A stretch of DNA of 64,000 nt from Picochlorum sp. SENEW3. Lineage: Eukaryota. The stretch lies in the NCBI GenBank assembly GCA_034226945.1, contig CP120463.1:434001-498000 (forward strand), written 5' to 3'. The translations under genes were made by a program, and so were the position numbers. The notes beneath the pieces are model-generated. The model saw only the letters and a list, made by a program, of their open reading frames with translations, did no database searches and was not told where the DNA came from. Below, piece after piece: positions 58,298-64,000 of this stretch. Every line of letters starts with the position of its first letter. Within the stretch, counting starts at the first letter, position 1.

Positions 58298-60113
58298 ATG
58301 GAATCTCGAGTAGTAGCATATTGTGTGCTACTATTGCTGGTGCTGGTGCTGGAAACTAGACCAGTAGTTGGAGCTCGACGCGTTCGAGGGCGACGGTTGA
58401 ATCAGCGTACGTTAATGGTTGATACTATACCCATATATACAAAAGGATAGTTCTTTTGCCCCGGTATGGTGGTGTCGGGCGCCACGGCTCAAAATGAGAA
58501 CAACCAACCGTGTTTCTGTTATCTATCCTGCAGGTAAGGGGAACAATAGTGATGTCCGTGGCGGAAATACGGCAATCTCCATTGGTTCTGGATATTTCTG
58601 TGCTGTATCAACTAAATTAGATGTGTATTGCTGGGGGACGGAGCCAGAAAGTGGCGAGTCTATTGTGACACCGACAAAGGTACCGGCTGGTGGTACACAG
58701 TTCACATCAGTGAGCGTTGGGCTTCGGTATTTGTGTGCCGTGGCAGTTGATGGTACAGCATACTGCAAAGGGAAAGGATTTCATGGTGAGCTTGGGACTG
58801 GCGTTGCGGAGGACGTTCGAGAGGATCTGTCAGTCCCTGTGCAGGGTGGTTTGAAATTTGACCAGGTGACGACTGGTCTGTACCATGCGTGTGGTGTGAC
58901 TGTGGATGATGAATTGTACTGTTGGGGAGATAATGAGTATGGTCAATTGGGTACGGGGGATGATGCGTCATCTGCTGTGCCTGTGAAGATTGGCACTGGG
59001 TGGTCTCAGATCTCTGCTGGTGGAGATCATACATGTGGCACCAAGTTGGATGGCACTGGATACTGCTGGGGACTGAATGATTTTCATCAAGTATCTCCAG
59101 GTGCAGAATACCAGTATGCTACTCCTGAGAAAGTGAAGGGTGCATGGAAGTCTTTGCATTCTGGATATTCATACACCCTTGGGGTTGATTCAAAGGGTAA
59201 AGGGTATGGATGGGGGCTTGCGGAGAATATAGGCGGGGATAGTGCTGTAGGGGGTCATCTTGGAGATGGAGGTGCCATGTGTTTGGACCTCAAGACTGGA
59301 AAAGTGACGTGTGAGCCTTCCAACGGGTATGCTGGGTATGCATCTTTTGTAAAGAATCCGACCCCTATGAAGGGTGATAGGAGATGGAAAACGCTTTCTC
59401 CTGGAAATATACCGTGTGGAATTGAAGCAAAGACGAAAAACTTGTACTGTTGGGGGTACACTGCTGGGGAAGGATATGCCGCAGGCTCTCCTGGAACCAA
59501 TGTTCCAATGTTGGTGAGCAAGTCTGGTTGGAACAATGTTGCAAGTGGTATTAGTGGAGCTCGATGTGGTATTGATGATCAAGGACAAGCATATTGTTGG
59601 GGTAGAAATGAGTATGACTGCGTGGATATGTGCCCTCTTGGAGATGGAAATTTGCAGAACAGCAATGTGCCAGCAAAAGTACTTTCAGTGGATAAATGGA
59701 GGTCAGACTCGAGTGATGGTGGACAAAATATAGCACCTACCGAGCAGGAGACTGAGGTCGTAGAAGAAGATCCTGTGCCTGTTCCCGCAGAAGAGGCAGA
59801 AGCTTTGCCTATTGCTGTAGAAGAGGCAGAAGCTTTGCCTTCACCAGTGCCAATACCTGTTATAGTCACTGCTCCAGAGCCTTCCACAGTAGAAGACATA
59901 CCTATACAAGAGATTGCTCCGATGCCCATAGAAGAAGATCAGGGGGTGTCAACAACGCCTGATGCTGAAACACCAACAGCAGGAGTTGCTCCAGTGCCCA
60001 CGGAGAGCAATACCCCAGAGCCACTTGTATCATTGCCAGAATCTGGCACCAACATGCTTCGCAGTGTAACAAATGTAGCAGTAGTATTGTGTCTTGCATT
60101 AAATTTTGTGTAA
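58298..60113 (+). CDS. secreted/surface RCC1/BLIP-II beta-propeller protein with P/E/T-rich stalk and hydrophobic C-terminus; intron ~58407-58532
   Basis: Exon 1 is a signal peptide (MESRVVAYCVLLLLVLVL...); about 7 repeats of the HxCGxxxxGxxYCWG type; tail VAVVLCLALNFV. Confidence 0.82.
59789..59840 (+). repeat. 22-nt direct repeat with 30-nt period in the RCC1-protein stalk (EEAEALP x2)
   Basis: AGAAGAGGCAGAAGCTTTGCCT at ~59789 and ~59819. Confidence 0.85.
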
Positions 60114-60121
60114 CATACGAA

Positions 60122-63100
60122 TCAGTCAAGGCAGGTATATAATGCATGCATGAGAGCCTCACTTATTGTTGCATCAGCTGTAGCAACAGTCACTGTCATC
60201 TCGCTTGGGTCCACATCACTGGCTGTGATGGATGCCATACATGGAATTTGCTTCACTTGTCCAGATTCGCAGTGGAAAATGCACACAGCACTCGTGTTCG
60301 GTTGACCTAAATCGACTTGAATGATTTCAAAGTTCAACATTGTCAGGATTTGCGCTATCTGTTCTGTTGTAGGGTTGCTTTGGCATTGTTTCTTCTTTCC
60401 CAATTTGAAAGGAGCTCCACTCACTTGCTTCCACCTGGTGATGAACACATTTTCCGGAATTGTCACTGGACTGCAGAATTTTGTGACAGGAGTAGGCAGT
60501 TTTAGACTCCTTGCCATTGACTCCCCTCCTGAAGTAAGGTACTGAATCTGCAATACTGGCAACGTATTGTAAGGCTGTAAGCATGCCCATGTAGACTGAA
60601 GCATTATCTGCTGACCTTTCTCAATCTCGGCCGGAGCTTCAGTACAATTCACTTCAAAGTATGGTGTTGGAGGTATTGTGAATTTCTTTAATTCAAGTGT
60701 TCCTTCAGTCTTGTTGCCAACAAAAAAGTCAATCTCCAAGTTGGACATTTTCCCACGTATTTTTAATCCGATTTGCATATTTGAATCCTCATACAAGATA
60801 CCACTCATCGAGGTGTAGAGTGATGCTAGCCAGGCATCAATGTCCTCAATAGGTTCTGTTGTGGAGGTTTGTCTCACTTCCTCTGCTACGGTAGCTTGTG
60901 TCTCCTCAATAATACTAGAGCCATTTATAGCCTCATCTGGTATCTCTGAAGGCTCATCATTACCGAAATCCAGCAAGTCTAGGACCTGTACAGGCTGTTG
61001 AGGTTCCATAGCTACCTCCTTGCTCTCATCGTTGATTGCTGCTGTGCTCTCCACATGGACATCAGTTATTTCCGAAGGCTCGGGAGGTTCTGTGTCAAAA
61101 TTAGGCTCCTTGGATGAGTCTAGCCAAGCCGGTTGTTCCCTAGCTTCTTCTGATGTACCCTCATTTCCCACGAGTTTTCGAAGCAGTACAGACTTTTTCA
61201 TCTCCCATGGGGGCAAGGTTTGCAGAGCTATTTCCGCAATATTGCGGTTTGAACAGAGAGATGAGTATTCAACTGCTCGCTGCTGCACTTCGGGATCAAT
61301 GCTCTTGGATTCATACGCCATCAAGTCATCAATCTTCTTTGCAAGTTCACTGCCTGCGTCAGACCTGCAACGCATCTTCTCATAACAATTCAAGAACATT
61401 GCCTTTGCTTCTGGCGACAGACTATAATAATATTGATGCAATAGATTAAATTGCTCCATAGTTTCCATGTTGCTCTGACGCCCATACTCCCCGACAATAT
61501 ATGCAGCACATTGAAGGAAGACTTCGTTTGCTACATCTTCCTGAAGGATTTTGGTCACCTTTTCAACCGCATGAGCCTGAAGCTCCTTTTTCGCGGATAC
61601 TAAATGCAGTATTGAGTGCCATATTTCATTCGAAGAGGCATCTCCAGCGCAAAGAATCAGCCTGAGCATCACATTGACATACCACTCTGGAGAAGGAGGG
61701 AAGCGTTCTGCAAGTATTGCTGCTTTAAGGACCAACTCTTCCCTCATGGAATAATCAGATCTTTCTATCGCCGTCAGCAACTCCTCAACAATCTCTCCAG
61801 CAGTGTCTTTATTTGCTGTCGTAAACAATAAGTTGAGAGCAACACCTGTTATTGAGGAATCTGCATCTGACATGCAGGCAATAATTGTCTTTCTGTGTTG
61901 AGATATTGCCTTTGAAATCTGCCATGACTGGGACAATCGATTGATATTCTCCAGCGCTAAATACTTTAAATTTGATTCTCGGACGGTCAAAAAACGAACC
62001 ATGAGATTGACAACAAGAGGGGTTAGTTCCTCATCTTCAATGGACACAGCAACAGCAGCAGCTTCAAAGACAATAGCATGGGCTGCATTGTTCTTGTTCG
62101 GGTTTTTGACTGGATCATTCACTGAAAGAATCTGCTTTAATATTGCTCGCAGCCTTTTCAACATCTCAGGGTTTTCTGGCGCAGGAAAGTACTGCAGTGC
62201 TCTGAGCACTTTAACTTCTAGCCAAGGAGATGGCAGTCCGTAGTATGTGTAGTCCTGAGGAACGTCTTTCTCCCGCAAACGCTCCAAGATTTCCACTAAT
62301 CTTGGTATACATGCTTCATAACCTTCGTAGTTCCTTGACACGATCCCCAATAGCAACGTTGTCAGGCCCAGCAGAACACCAAGGTCTGTCTCTTCTAACA
62401 AAGCAGCCATTTTTGATCCCCAATCTTTCGCAGAAAGCAATTGATCATCAGGAGATTTTCTCAACAGTCTCAACAGACAAAGTGCTGCCTTCTTCCGCAC
62501 AATAGGTCGGGTTGCCCCGTGCGCCATCACGTTCAGCACGTCTGCAGCAAGTAGTTGCGCAAACTCTGGTCCACCAACTGCAAAGAAGGGAGTATATCAA
62601 CAATTGTCCCAAGCCAACATATACATTCATTCAGTAAATAAAAACACACCATTAGCAGTAAAATCCAGTGCTAGGCATTGAAATGCCTCATTCCTTGACA
62701 AAAGATCACTTCGGACCGAGTTGATCACCAGTCTGAGCAATTCATCATTCTCACTCAAAAACATGCCGCAGACAACATAGCCAACCTGCTTCTCAGCATA
62801 CCTGCATCAATTAATAACCAGATCATATCATATCAGATGTACATCACGTGTACCAAGCTCCAAATCGGCGTACGTTGTAGCTGCCATCATATCCATAGCT
62901 TGCTTGTGGCCAAATTCAACATCATAACCGAGCATCTTTGTATACATCAGCTTCCACAGATATTTCCTCTTATCATATGCTGCATGGTATAAGATGATCC
63001 AAGTCAATCCAGCGTAGAAAATCGAATCAAATCCACACAACATCACGTACAGGACAAGGGCTTGTTGGACGTATACTTCTTTCTGATTTTGCCCAGCTCC

Positions 63101-63279
63101 TTCTGCACCCGTTCATGCTCTGCATCTTTCGTATTGCAATTTCTTATTTCTTGAATATAGTTCTGCAACAATATGGTGTCCAAACGAATCCGTTACAAAC
63201 CAAGGTGACTCCAAATCACGACGAAATCGAATCAAGAGCAACGCACCTTCAAGCCGCGCTGATTTTCGACCTTTGCCAT
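60122..63279 (-). CDS. AP2A: AP-2 complex subunit alpha (alpha-adaptin); exons 63279-63247, 63162-63051, 62979-62874, 62801-62650, 62577-60122
   Basis: RGLK|NYIQEIRNC...ELGKIRKKY, YDKRKYLWKLMY..MLGYDVEFGH, YAEKQVGY, VRKKAALCLLRL, DYTYYGLPSPWL, EVQQRAVEY, appendage GILYEDSNMQIGLK. Confidence 0.95.
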
Positions 63280-63737
63280 GATCTATGATTACCTTTATTT
63301 GTGATTACGTAAGAAAATAGATATCAGACTCTTCTGATGCCCAGAGAACTCCGGTTCAAAAGGATTTCTTGTTTCCTTGCTTCACAGCGTGTTGAATTCC
63401 TGGGCTCCGTCACTCTCTGCCACCAAAAACTATTGATTTTACATTTGTTGAAATCATAAAATATCTGCAGTTGGGTATTGCTGACAAATGACACGCTCTC
63501 CTGTCATCTCCTTTCAAGGGGCAACAGATCTTGCCACATGATGATGCCATTGCCAGTTTGATGATCGTATGATCTTCGGTTCCATCATAAAGGGGGCGTA
63601 GAATCACGAATTTTTAGAGCAAGATCGGTGTGTTCACAAGGCTAGTGTAGATGAATCTCGCAGACAAGAAAAGATTGATAAAACATGAAATATGGTATCA
63701 TTCCAGGATTATTCAACCCAGGCCTAGCACATGGGTA

Positions 63738-64000
63738 TCAAGCAGGAAGATTAGACAGTTTCCTATTTGCTGATTTTCCAGTTGTTTGAGAGGGATTGTG
63801 CTCTGAGGCAAAGGTTTTCGCCGTAGGCGCATTCTCTCCACTCGATACCACCACATAGCCTGGCATCGAACGTGCTTTTAATGTTGTGATTGCACCGACA
63901 ATGCAAAGCATCAGAATGCCAGCGATGGCGAACATCATGAAGAGCCAGCGCATATCAAACATATCTGAATCAGATGGGACCAGTGACGAAGGTCTATATA
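63738..64000 (-). CDS. 3' end of a single-TM membrane protein gene (5'-partial)
   Basis: Frame is open to the window edge (YRPSSLVPSDSDMFDMRW...), with hydrophobic helix WLFMMFAIAGILMLCIVGAI and a short tail. Confidence 0.55.
   Translation of the reverse strand, partial: YRPSSLVPSDSDMFDMRWLFMMFAIAGILMLCIVGAITTLKARSMPGYVVVSSGENAPTAKTFASEHNPSQTTGKSANRKLSNLPA

Noticed and set aside
10668..63279. Membrane-trafficking gene cluster (MTV1, CHC, RMR, CRAL-TRIO, AP-2 alpha)
   Set aside because: Spread over 50 kb among unrelated housekeeping genes; plausible by chance among about 33 genes.
63410..63607. 65-aa minus-strand ORF upstream of AP-2 alpha
   Set aside because: Non-ATG start and no domain; likely spacer or UTR.
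1..64000. Transposons, viral insertions, CRISPR arrays, tRNA/rRNA genes, telomeric repeats
   Set aside because: No transposase, RT, integrase or capsid motifs, spaced repeat arrays, cloverleafs or TTTAGGG tracts seen by eye. The B-family polymerase is the host Pol alpha with spliceosomal introns, not a viral enzyme.

Overview
Gene-dense eukaryotic nuclear DNA, most likely a compact-genome green alga (Trebouxiophyceae, Picochlorum-like). This is inferred from about one gene per 2 kb, short GT-AG introns with GTACGT/GTGCGT donors and TGCAG acceptors, TGTAA 3' signals, and nuclear-encoded plastid proteins. I can support about 33 protein-coding genes, mostly housekeeping: beta-tubulin, Mei2-like, F-box SKIP31-like (frameshifted), MATE, TRM6, MTV1/tepsin, plastid S13, UBP23/USP36-like, Nup54, Pol alpha, KAE1, DnaJ, DIV-type MYB, mitochondrial carrier, NAGS, ODR4, two tandem AP2 factors, EDC4, clathrin heavy chain, CruP, DGK, Rieske, FAD synthetase, CRAL-TRIO, RMR, PUB, a secreted RCC1-repeat protein and AP-2 alpha. 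I found no mobile element, CRISPR array, tRNA or rRNA, and no clearly new multi-gene system. The strongest signals not in the ORF track are: (1) a box C/D snoRNA (U46/snR63-type) inside the long intron of the USP36-like gene; (2) stop codons fused with the TGTAA poly(A) signal in 7 genes; (3) loss of most metal-binding cysteines in the Pol alpha C-terminal domain; (4) a 41-nt DGK-Rieske junction suggesting bicistronic or overlapping transcription. All family assignments come from motif recognition, not database searches.
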